Source: a virus (taxonomy: Duplodnaviria > Caudoviricetes). Taken from it: 32,825 nucleotides of DNA. Under the pieces are notes generated by a model. The model was not told the DNA's origin, searched no databases, and saw only the letters and a program-made list of their open reading frames with translations. Made by a program: the position numbers and the translations under genes. Of this stretch, positions 25,472 to 32,825 are shown piece by piece; position 1 is the first letter of the stretch, and each line of letters starts with the position of its first letter. The stretch lies in IMG/VR virus record IMGVR_UViG_3300022074_000197, positions 1 to 32,825 of that record; one strand, given 5' to 3'.

Positions 25472-26646
25472 TATTCTATTATCCCGAAGTTTTTACCAGA
25501 CTCAAACTTTGCTGCATCTAAAGAATCATTTATAAAATCTGCTATCTCTTTGTTTTCGTATCCTGATTTTTTCATCTCATCAACGAAGAGATCCAATACA
25601 TCACCTGTTGACTCTGTCCCTTCAACAAAAGATTCTGCACTTAATTGAGTTCTCTCCAAAATATCATCAATTTCATTTTTGACTTCAATCTCAGTAGGAC
25701 GCAAATCTGGTTCAATCCCTAGCTTTTTGGATTCGACAATAAAAGGATCGTCATCAGGATATGGCATTGGTCTGCTGACAAGAGTCTCGTATGCTTCATT
25801 AACTTCAGCATCACTCAAATCATTAATGGAATCGAACTTTTTACCGATGACATCTTCTAATTCTTCTCTCATCATTTCATTACCAGCACTTGGGATTGTT
25901 TTCTCCAACTCACTTCTTAAAACTGCTCTCCGCATTTGGACAGAGTTAGTCAGCATATTTTTAAAACTCGATATTGGAATTTTCTTGCTGGCTTTAACTG
26001 CTCCTTTTGCAACAACATCGTCAACAATTTTCCCTGCAGGGATATTGCTTAATGCTCCTGCTGCAACTGGTGCTGCTGCAATCCCTTGCAATACAGATCT
26101 CCTTGATACACCTTTCGGTGGCTTAACATTTGTCTCATCATCTCGAACAGTCTTTGGTCCAGGAGATGTCATCAAAGTCTCTGGCTTTTCTGGGATCTCT
26201 AGATTTGCTTCATCAGCAAGAGCTTTCTTATTTATACTTGATAAAAAACCACTGGCACTATTAACAATGGGTTTGGCAATCCCTTTAATCATAATTTTTG
26301 TAAGAGGATAAGCCTCAACAGCACTTAAAGCTCCACCAATAGTTGGTGCAACATAGTCTAATGGTCTTGATGCTTTATCAAAATCTCTTTTGATCTCTTG
26401 ACCTGCGAACAGCAAACCAAGAGGTGTAAAGTCTGCACCACCGATGCCTAAAGGATTTCTCGGCATAGGATTATTTGGATCTGCTCCTGCTATGTTCTCG
26501 GCATATTGTCTTGCTGTGTTTTGCCCTAAAATGTTTGTTAAATAATTTTGTATAAAGTCTCTTGTTTTAGTTCTCATGGTTGGGTTAGGAGCATACATTT
26601 CTGCTCCAGTTTGAGGCTGAGAAAATATAGGTTTGTCGTGATTCAT
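25471..26646 (-). CDS. acidic hypothetical protein with internal SRR/GAL module
   Basis: KGVSRRSVLQGIAAAPVAAGALSNIPAGKIVDD segment, paralogous to the one in 24695-25471. Confidence 0.75.
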   Translation of the reverse strand: MNHDKPIFSQPQTGAEMYAPNPTMRTKTRDFIQNYLTNILGQNTARQYAENIAGADPNNPMPRNPLGIGGADFTPLGLLFAGQEIKRDFDKASRPLDYVAPTIGGALSAVEAYPLTKIMIKGIAKPIVNSASGFLSSINKKALADEANLEIPEKPETLMTSPGPKTVRDDETNVKPPKGVSRRSVLQGIAAAPVAAGALSNIPAGKIVDDVVAKGAVKASKKIPISSFKNMLTNSVQMRRAVLRSELEKTIPSAGNEMMREELEDVIGKKFDSINDLSDAEVNEAYETLVSRPMPYPDDDPFIVESKKLGIEPDLRPTEIEVKNEIDDILERTQLSAESFVEGTESTGDVLDLFVDEMKKSGYENKEIADFINDSLDAAKFESGKNFGIIE

Positions 26647-26828
26647 ACTTGACCTCCAGAAAGTTCTTTTATTAATACTTTTAGAGTGTCTTGGAAACCT
26701 TTATCAAGTTGTTTTGCAGCAACAGCAAACTTTTTAGGACTTATGTTCTGTAAATCCCTTTTATCTAAAAAGCTTTTTGCAGCTCGGATCTCAGCTTGTG
26801 CTACTTTTTTGATTGCTGCTTTGCTCAT
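26643..26828 (-). CDS. small basic helical protein (61 aa, MSKAAIKKVAQAEIRAAK...)
   Basis: ATG 26828 directly after the upstream stop; ATGA overlap downstream. Confidence 0.65.
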   Translation of the reverse strand: MSKAAIKKVAQAEIRAAKSFLDKRDLQNISPKKFAVAAKQLDKGFQDTLKVLIKELSGGQV

Positions 26829-26829
26829 G

Positions 26830-27087
26830 TTACCATGCCTTGCAAGACCAATATCTTGCCTTTGTCTTTGGTCCAGGATTATCACAGTTGTGCCTCGAGC
26901 GAAAGTTGCTCCTGCGACCTTTTTGATTCTTTTTTATTCTCATGTTAGGGTCACCAAATGTTACCCTTTTTACTTTATCGCCATCCATCACAAAGACAAC
27001 TGATTTCTTTCTACCAAAGCTCGTTTCACCCTTGCGGATACGTCTTGGCTTATTTAAAGAAACTTTTCTACCTTTGTATGTTGCCAT
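26830..27087 (-). CDS. small basic protein with RH-x-C / YWSC-x-x-W motifs
   Basis: SD GGAGG; VTFGDPNM...RRSNFRSRHNCD...ARYWSCKAW, a family I recognise as common in aquatic phages. Confidence 0.75.
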   Translation of the reverse strand: MATYKGRKVSLNKPRRIRKGETSFGRKKSVVFVMDGDKVKRVTFGDPNMRIKKNQKGRRSNFRSRHNCDNPGPKTKARYWSCKAW

Positions 27088-27808
27088 TGGGCAATCCTCC
27101 TAATGCTCCTGCTACACCTCCAGCACCAACTGCTCCTACGCCACTGGACAATATTCGTCTTGAATCTGCTTTCTTTGGGTCAAAACCTGCGAATGGTGAT
27201 CTAAGTTGCCGACCATCAAATACAACATAATCAGTTCTTAAAGTTCCTGTATCGGTTCTGCTGTTAGTTACTTGGATTCCATCATAACCTCTGTTTATAA
27301 GCTCGCCTGTAAATTCACCTGTATCACCACCGAAGTCATAAAAAGCTTCCTCTAAATCTTCGTATGTGTCGTATTCTATTGGGTTGTCCATTTTTAGCTG
27401 TAAAGGATAAACTGCTGGATTGCCACCATATTGTATGTCGCCAGCAAAATAATTAGCAACATCTGGATCGTCAGTGACCCATGTGCCCATGTCTCCTGGA
27501 TGATGCCCACCAATTTTTTCTCTAACACCTTGAAAAGCATTTATTCCCTGTCGTTCTGGTGGAAGTTCTTCTCGTATTAGTGCTCCAGTTTTAGGATCAG
27601 TTCCACCTGTCATTTTCCCTTCCATCTCAACCATAACTTCCCTATTTGTTCCATCAGGATATTTAACATCAATAACACCAAAAGCTCCAGAGACATCTGA
27701 ACCTTGAGTTCCGTGATAAACTTTTTTATTAAAGGTTTTTAAAAACTCTTCAACTGTATCAACTACAGGTTTGGCAAGCTTTGTAACAAGTTTATTTAAA
27801 ACAGCCAT
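27068..27808 (-). CDS. ADP-ribosyltransferase-like protein (ART-PolyVal type)
   Basis: VYHGT, G.WVTDDPDVANYFA, VYPLQLKMDNP, GYDGI and YVVFDGRQLRS follow the ART-PolyVal motif order. Confidence 0.7.
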   Translation of the reverse strand: MAVLNKLVTKLAKPVVDTVEEFLKTFNKKVYHGTQGSDVSGAFGVIDVKYPDGTNREVMVEMEGKMTGGTDPKTGALIREELPPERQGINAFQGVREKIGGHHPGDMGTWVTDDPDVANYFAGDIQYGGNPAVYPLQLKMDNPIEYDTYEDLEEAFYDFGGDTGEFTGELINRGYDGIQVTNSRTDTGTLRTDYVVFDGRQLRSPFAGFDPKKADSRRILSSGVGAVGAGGVAGALGGLPNGNIQR

Positions 27809-27963
27809 TACTTTTTGTGAGTAGTTTGTACTTCAAATGTTGCTTTTTTACTTGCACCTTTGTGTGGTTTATATCCACCAGCAGGATTCTTCATAAGTTT
27901 AAAACCCTTGCCATCTTTCATCCAATGGAAACCTTTTGGTGCCTCAACTGACTTTTTTGCCAT
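27808..27963 (-). CDS. small basic protein (51 aa, MAKKSVEAPKGFHWMK...)
   Basis: SD GGAGG before ATG 27963; TAATG overlap downstream. Confidence 0.7.
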   Translation of the reverse strand: MAKKSVEAPKGFHWMKDGKGFKLMKNPAGGYKPHKGASKKATFEVQTTHKK

Positions 27964-28099
27964 TCTTCCCTCCTTTTTTCTTTTTTTGTTTTGCTGCGAT
28001 CTTTTTAAATGTTCCAGCTTTTGGTGCACCTTTAGCACCTTTCTTCCTCATCTTTTCGCCACGTTTTCTCTTGGCATGAATGTTAGCATATAAGCTCAT
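27944..28099 (-). CDS. small basic protein (51 aa, MSLYANIHAKRKRGEKMRKKGAKGAP...); not in ORF track
   Basis: ATGA overlap with the upstream stop; LYANIHAKRKR...GAP is a recurrent marine-phage micro-protein motif. Confidence 0.7.
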   Translation of the reverse strand: MSLYANIHAKRKRGEKMRKKGAKGAPKAGTFKKIAAKQKKKKGGKNGKKVS

Positions 28100-28215
28100 T
28101 TCCTTTTGCCTTTTTTCTTTTTAAGTTTTTTAAAATCTGCACCTGTAATCTTTTTTCTAGGTGATGCAACAGCAGCAAGTTTTTTCTGCTTCGGTGAATA
28201 TTTACTAAAAGGCAT
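28096..28215 (-). CDS. small basic protein (39 aa, MPFSKYSPKQKKLAAVASPRKKITGADFKKLKKKKGKRK); not in ORF track
   Basis: TAATG overlap upstream, SD GGAG, ATGA overlap downstream. Confidence 0.7.
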   Translation of the reverse strand: MPFSKYSPKQKKLAAVASPRKKITGADFKKLKKKKGKRK

Positions 28216-28616
28216 TATTCTACTCCCTTGAGGTTTTTGCGTACTAATTCTTTTCTTGCTTCGTCAACACCTATCTCACCCATTAATAATCTTCGTGCGA
28301 TCTCTGGGTCATCAAGTTTTGGTATTCCTGGAGCTGATTCAAAATCAGGTTCATGTCCACGAATCATAGTCTCAGCTGGTATTCTTGTTCCTGTTGGTTT
28401 ATGAATCATATCAACAAAAGACATAAAACCTTTTATCTGATCTGAGCCAGCAGGAGCTGATTGTGTAAAATCCATGTCACCATCTTCGTTCATTATAAAA
28501 GGTTTTGGCAAAGCACCTTGACCAGATGCTTGTTTTGCAAGAACATCAGCCTCTAAATTTTCAAGAGCACCCATGCCCTTGCCGAAAAGTCCTCTGATTA
28601 TCTTACCACCAGCCAT
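28215..28616 (-). CDS. hypothetical protein with leader and GAL motifs
   Basis: MAGGKIIRGLFGKGMGALENL N-terminus; TAATG coupling. Confidence 0.7.
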   Translation of the reverse strand: MAGGKIIRGLFGKGMGALENLEADVLAKQASGQGALPKPFIMNEDGDMDFTQSAPAGSDQIKGFMSFVDMIHKPTGTRIPAETMIRGHEPDFESAPGIPKLDDPEIARRLLMGEIGVDEARKELVRKNLKGVE

Positions 28617-29188
28617 TAATCATCATCCTTAATAGTTTCTAGAGCTTTTGCAAGAGCTGTTTCAAAATCATCTGCAGCTGGTGGTGGGCGTCTTGGCAGT
28701 GCTGAAACATCTGGGTTAAGGATTGCTTCAACTTCTGGCATAATATCTTCACCAGCACCACCTATCTCTCCCATATAGTTTCTAACATCTTCATTATCAA
28801 GAGAGTATTTAGTTTTTAGCTCATCAACAATTTTTACTACATCTTTTTGATCAACTTCGTCCCAAAAATCTGAATAAGGAAAAGAGCCATAAAGATAACC
28901 ATCTACTTCATGTGCAGCTTCTTTTTCTAAAACTGATGAGCTGGGCATAATTTTAACATTTTTGGCTCCTTGAAAATCATCAGAAATCTCCTGTTTAAAA
29001 TAATCTTTAAGTTCCTGAAAAAATCCTGAAGATCTAAAAGAACTTAAATCACTTAATTTAGGAGGAAGTTTTTCTGTGTCAATATCTATTTTAGGAAGTT
29101 TTTCTGCCAAGTCAGGGCTAACTTCAATAGCATAATCATTCATGAACTTATTAGATAATTTTCTGACAATTTGAGAAAAAGCAACCAT
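28616..29188 (-). CDS. acidic hypothetical protein with amphipathic leader
   Basis: MVAFSQIVRKLSNKF leader; Asp/Glu-rich body; SD GGAGG. Confidence 0.7.
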   Translation of the reverse strand: MVAFSQIVRKLSNKFMNDYAIEVSPDLAEKLPKIDIDTEKLPPKLSDLSSFRSSGFFQELKDYFKQEISDDFQGAKNVKIMPSSSVLEKEAAHEVDGYLYGSFPYSDFWDEVDQKDVVKIVDELKTKYSLDNEDVRNYMGEIGGAGEDIMPEVEAILNPDVSALPRRPPPAADDFETALAKALETIKDDD

Positions 29189-29475
29189 CAGTCCTCCATC
29201 ATCATCTTCGGACCACCATGCCCAAGCATTTGATTCATAACATCAGACATATCACCTGAATGAACTTTCATGATTTTGACTTTCATCTCATCACCATCCT
29301 CTTTCACCTCTTCTTCCTCTTCACCTATGCCATATTCCATCTGGTGACAAAGTAATAAAAAGTTGACGAGCTGATCATCACTCAGTTCTAAGCCTTCACT
29401 GTCATGCGCAAAACCCATTTTCTCCATAAAGAGTTCTGCATTCTTTTCCATGTTATCTACTTCTACTTCAGCCAT
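29188..29475 (-). CDS. acidic Met-rich hypothetical protein (95 aa)
   Basis: SD AAGGAG favours ATG 29475 (MAEVEVDNM...). Confidence 0.7.
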   Translation of the reverse strand: MAEVEVDNMEKNAELFMEKMGFAHDSEGLELSDDQLVNFLLLCHQMEYGIGEEEEEVKEDGDEMKVKIMKVHSGDMSDVMNQMLGHGGPKMMMED

Positions 29476-29486
29476 ATTTTTCTCCT

Positions 29487-29687
29487 TCAATAATAAATTT
29501 TAGTTCCTGCTTTAACTTTCTCCATCTTACAAAGTGCTGTAATTTTCTTTTTGCCTTCTGTTGGCTCTCTGGGCTGACCCATCATTCTCCTTGCAAAATA
29601 CTTGCACCTGTTGATGTCGTAAAAATATATTGTTGGTGGTTTGACTGCACTGCCTATGTAAACATATAAGGCAAAAACTAACTCCAT
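29487..29687 (-). CDS. small protein with hydrophobic N-terminus and two Cys
   Basis: MELVFALYVYIG...YFYDINRC.YFA...C; TAATG coupling. Confidence 0.65.
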   Translation of the reverse strand: MELVFALYVYIGSAVKPPTIYFYDINRCKYFARRMMGQPREPTEGKKKITALCKMEKVKAGTKIYY

Positions 29688-30502
29688 TAGAAATTAAAAA
29701 TGCTAAAACCACCATCACCTCCACCAGTAAAGAAGTCAAATACTCCACCAGATTCGAAAGCTGTTGGTTGGCCACCTCTAGATCCTCTTTCAAGACCAAG
29801 TGTGTCCTCTAAGTTTCTTGTTCTTTCTCTTGAAACAAATGCATCAAAGTCATCAGCTCTTCTTTGAGCATCAGCTTGTCTTCTGTCAAATTCTTCCTGT
29901 TCAGATCCACTGCGTTGTCCTGCCATTGGATCAGGGAGACTTGATTGCATTTCCATGGACGCTCTTACAGGGTTTGATAAAGTATCAGCTTGAGTATTTC
30001 TGACATTTGCCTGTATAGCATTAAGTTGTGCCTGAGACATGTCTGGCGTTGCACCAGTCATAAAGTTTGTTATTCTTTGCGAATAGTTTGGAGCTATGCT
30101 GTCAAGCAAATAAGTTGTTGGCTCAAACTCGTTAGTTGTAGGATTATAAACATTATTTTTTATATTACTTTGAAACTGGTCGTATGGACTCATTTGAGTT
30201 GATGCTTGATTTATATTTGTTGTTGATTGTGCAGGTTGCTGGTTTATTGGTGAGTCTCTAAACAAAAGAGGATCAAAGCCATAGGGATTAGCAGACAATG
30301 GAGCATCAGCATAATTTTCATTAATCTCTGTCATTGTTACTGCGTCATTTGCTCTGTTAGGGAGACTTGCAACTCTTGTTGCATCATTCATGCCAGTGTA
30401 TGTGTAAGGATTAAAAAGACTATCAACTTCTGTCATAGGAATATTCGCTTGCCTTACTCCTAGCCCTCGTAAATATGCTTCTTCTATAGGATTTCTTGCC
30501 AT
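29687..30502 (-). CDS. low-complexity Asn/Gln/Thr-rich hypothetical protein
   Basis: 271 aa, coupled at both ends; probably largely disordered. Confidence 0.65.
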   Translation of the reverse strand: MARNPIEEAYLRGLGVRQANIPMTEVDSLFNPYTYTGMNDATRVASLPNRANDAVTMTEINENYADAPLSANPYGFDPLLFRDSPINQQPAQSTTNINQASTQMSPYDQFQSNIKNNVYNPTTNEFEPTTYLLDSIAPNYSQRITNFMTGATPDMSQAQLNAIQANVRNTQADTLSNPVRASMEMQSSLPDPMAGQRSGSEQEEFDRRQADAQRRADDFDAFVSRERTRNLEDTLGLERGSRGGQPTAFESGGVFDFFTGGGDGGFSIFNF

Positions 30503-30921
30503 TATCTTCTAACCATTCCAGGATCCATTCCAGGATTGACGTTTATGGCCATTCCAGGATCTATGTTATTAAAATTTTGATTTTCAAAATAAGTTCGCTG
30601 ACCATCACTCATTGAACCTTGAGGCATCGCACCATCAAGTTGACCTCTAGGCATTGACTTCATAAGAGCATCGAGCGCACCCATTCCCTCTTGACCTTGA
30701 GCACCTGTCCTCTCACGGATCTGCTCGACTTTTTCCATCAGGTAATTCATCATGCTTTCTTGACTATTTGGATCGAGATCAGCCATCGGCATATTTTGCA
30801 TCATTTGTTGTGCTTGAGGCATAGGTGCTGAAGTCTGAGGTTGTATGCCACTGAATGCTCCAGGATTAACTGGTGCCATCGGCATAACATTAGCTATCAT
30901 ATCAGTCATTCGTTGGGTCAT
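30502..30921 (-). CDS. Met/Gln/Pro-rich hypothetical protein
   Basis: Overlaps the portal stop; contains MGALDAL; start 30921 or 30909. Confidence 0.65.
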   Translation of the reverse strand: MTQRMTDMIANVMPMAPVNPGAFSGIQPQTSAPMPQAQQMMQNMPMADLDPNSQESMMNYLMEKVEQIRERTGAQGQEGMGALDALMKSMPRGQLDGAMPQGSMSDGQRTYFENQNFNNIDPGMAINVNPGMDPGMVRR

Positions 30922-32825
30922 TGCGTTTCATCATCTCCATATTTAGTTTAGCTTGATTTTTTTCTCTTTCAAGTGCTAAGTCTGCCTCAAGCTTTAAAAC
31001 TTTTGCTTGTAGCTCTGCTTGAACTTTTGCTTGCTGTACTTGTAGATCTTGTTTCGCTTTGGCTTGGTCTATCTGAATATCGGATTGTGCTCTGGCTTGG
31101 TCTGCAGCAATCTCGGATTGCGTTCTTTGTTGCAATGCCTGTGCCTCAAGTTGCGCAAGTTGTTGAGCATATTGTAAAGGATTTTGCTTTTGATTAGCTC
31201 CTCCTAAACCTTGTATCGGTGCCATCTGTGGAGCTTGTTGCACAACTTGTGCTGCTCTCTGACTGATAAGCATATCCATCTGTGGATCAATGTCGTCAAA
31301 CTTAAACTTTGGATCTTTGAGATTTGGTAAGTTTGGCAATGGCACTCCAATGCCTGCTTCCATTCGCTGACGATATAATAAGGCAATATGTTCTGCGATA
31401 TGGGCAATCAACACTGGCTGTAGTCCTTTTGCTGCAGGATTGCCTGCTAGTGATGGATCTGATAAAAACTGCGTATGAACTGCAATGTGAGCATCGTGAT
31501 TCTGCTCAGGAAAAGCTTTGATTGGCTTGCCATACATTATTGACATGTTTTCGTCAATGGGATCAAGTCTTGATGCCTCGATTGGTTCTTTTAAAATTTC
31601 TGGAATATTCGGAATACGCAATGCCTCATACATTCTTTTGTACGCTTCATAAAGATCATGAAGTTGAGGTGCAGATCTCGCCATCTCAAGTATTGCTTGT
31701 GCTTGTGCTATCCTCTGGGCAGTGCTGAATATGTTAGGGTCGCTGACTGGTATTATGTCTATTCGCTCATTAAAATCTGCTGCATAAATATTTTCTGCTG
31801 CACCAGCAACTGCAAAACTAAAAGACTCTGGAAGATACTCTGCATTTAATCTAGCGAGCATTTTAAACTCTTGCCCTTGAGAATAATGCAATCTTTTATG
31901 GATCGCTGAAAAAGATTTTGATCCTTGCTCTATAAGTGCGACAGTTGACCCCACAGGAGCATTTGGATTAACGTCTCCGACATTTAAGTCGGCTGTGCTA
32001 GCAAAACGTTGTCCTGCCTGTACAATCAGACCAAGTAAATTAAATAATGTGCCTGATGGTTCTTTAAAGGGCAAAGGCATTATAGCCTTGTTGACATCAT
32101 CAACTGTCGCGTCCAGATCAACAAACTCTCCAGGATTAACATCTATCTCGCCACCTGTGACTCTGCCTTTTAACTTAAAGCCACCTTGCATATTTGCGAA
32201 TGCAGCAGAATCAAGCAAAGCTCTTAATGAACCTGTTGCAGCTCTTCCAAGTCCTCCGATCATATGATATAAACCAAAACCATAAAATCCAACTCCAGGA
32301 AGGAACTTGTAGCTGACAAACCAATCTCTCTTTTTCTTTTTATCATCTCCCTCGTAATAATTTCTTCTGACAGAAACTATCTTTTCAGAATCATGGTCTA
32401 TTGTTATAACATAAGGGAGTCTGACCATGTTCTCGTCATCTTCATTCTCAACACCATCAACACCGACAAATGCTTCGTAGACGTGCATCTCCAAAAGAGT
32501 AACAATGTTGTCTTGTGTGCTAGAGCTTATGCCCTCAACATCTTCATTAACAGCATCCATATAACTGGATCCATCACCTGAATATTCTATCGGAAGATAC
32601 CAACCAGACTCAACATACATATTGTAATCATTCTTTGGCATTCTGATGACATGAGTGTATCTAGGTGATGTGTAAAGATCTGTGCTCTCTGGTGCAACAA
32701 CAAAGTCTTCAGCTTTTACAAACTTGGCACATTGCCTGTCTTTGTTTGCATCCCACCAGACCTTTTTAAAAGTTTGACCAACGAGTGGTAATTGAAAAAG
32801 CATTTGGTCGAGGTCAGGAAAGTAT
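30902..32825 (-). CDS. portal protein, P22-like with C-terminal helical barrel (5' truncated)
   Basis: Frame is open to the window edge (YFPDLDQMLFQLPL); FKKVWWD, PGVGFYGFGL.H, LPFKEPSGTL, NAPVGSTVALIEQG and VSDPNIFS motifs; Gln/Ala coiled-coil tail. Confidence 0.9.
   Translation of the reverse strand, partial: YFPDLDQMLFQLPLVGQTFKKVWWDANKDRQCAKFVKAEDFVVAPESTDLYTSPRYTHVIRMPKNDYNMYVESGWYLPIEYSGDGSSYMDAVNEDVEGISSSTQDNIVTLLEMHVYEAFVGVDGVENEDDENMVRLPYVITIDHDSEKIVSVRRNYYEGDDKKKKRDWFVSYKFLPGVGFYGFGLYHMIGGLGRAATGSLRALLDSAAFANMQGGFKLKGRVTGGEIDVNPGEFVDLDATVDDVNKAIMPLPFKEPSGTLFNLLGLIVQAGQRFASTADLNVGDVNPNAPVGSTVALIEQGSKSFSAIHKRLHYSQGQEFKMLARLNAEYLPESFSFAVAGAAENIYAADFNERIDIIPVSDPNIFSTAQRIAQAQAILEMARSAPQLHDLYEAYKRMYEALRIPNIPEILKEPIEASRLDPIDENMSIMYGKPIKAFPEQNHDAHIAVHTQFLSDPSLAGNPAAKGLQPVLIAHIAEHIALLYRQRMEAGIGVPLPNLPNLKDPKFKFDDIDPQMDMLISQRAAQVVQQAPQMAPIQGLGGANQKQNPLQYAQQLAQLEAQALQQRTQSEIAADQARAQSDIQIDQAKAKQDLQVQQAKVQAELQAKVLKLEADLALEREKNQAKLNMEMMKRNDPTND

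Noticed and set aside
2471-32581. Many + strand ORFs of 60-210 aa (e.g. 15158-15685, 19993-20511, 25679-26311)
   Set aside because: They are antisense shadows of well-supported minus-strand genes, with no recognisable motifs.
1-32825. CRISPR array, tRNA/rRNA genes, integrase, IS elements, introns or inteins
   Set aside because: No regularly spaced repeats, almost no intergenic space, and no relevant motifs seen by eye.
1-32825. Stop-codon reassignment
   Set aside because: Genes tile the window almost completely under the standard code and core proteins are uninterrupted.

Overview
This AT-rich window (roughly 38% GC, by eye) is entirely tailed-phage DNA, most consistent with an uncultured marine or aquatic podovirus carrying a P22-like virion module. 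Both ends are truncated. The left end (+ strand, 1-1938) holds the end of a replication block: an SNF2-type helicase, two small ORFs and a PD-(D/E)xK/VRR-NUC-like nuclease. It converges on one long, tightly coupled minus-strand late operon (32825 to 1859). In transcription order that operon encodes the portal, a ~7 kb accessory block, a GroES-like co-chaperonin, scaffold, major capsid protein and decoration proteins. It continues with head-tail adaptors, a protein with two cupredoxin-like repeats, a tail fibre with an S74 intramolecular chaperone plus a Gly-rich adhesin, and a lysis cassette (GH108 endolysin, 3TM holin). It ends with a tail hub/nozzle, a GNAT-fold protein and three ejection (DNA-transfer) proteins. 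The most unusual part is the accessory block between portal and scaffold. It interleaves very small Lys-rich proteins with acidic proteins and a stand-alone ART-PolyVal-like ADP-ribosyltransferase. Several of these share short peptide modules: an amphipathic N-terminal leader, an internal twin-arginine-like SRR-hydrophobic segment and a GAL-x-x-(L/I/M) motif. This suggests a modular cargo-loading or effector-delivery system. A hairpin plus a second structured element directly downstream of the capsid gene is a candidate cis-regulatory RNA. All family assignments come from motif recognition by eye; no database search was run.
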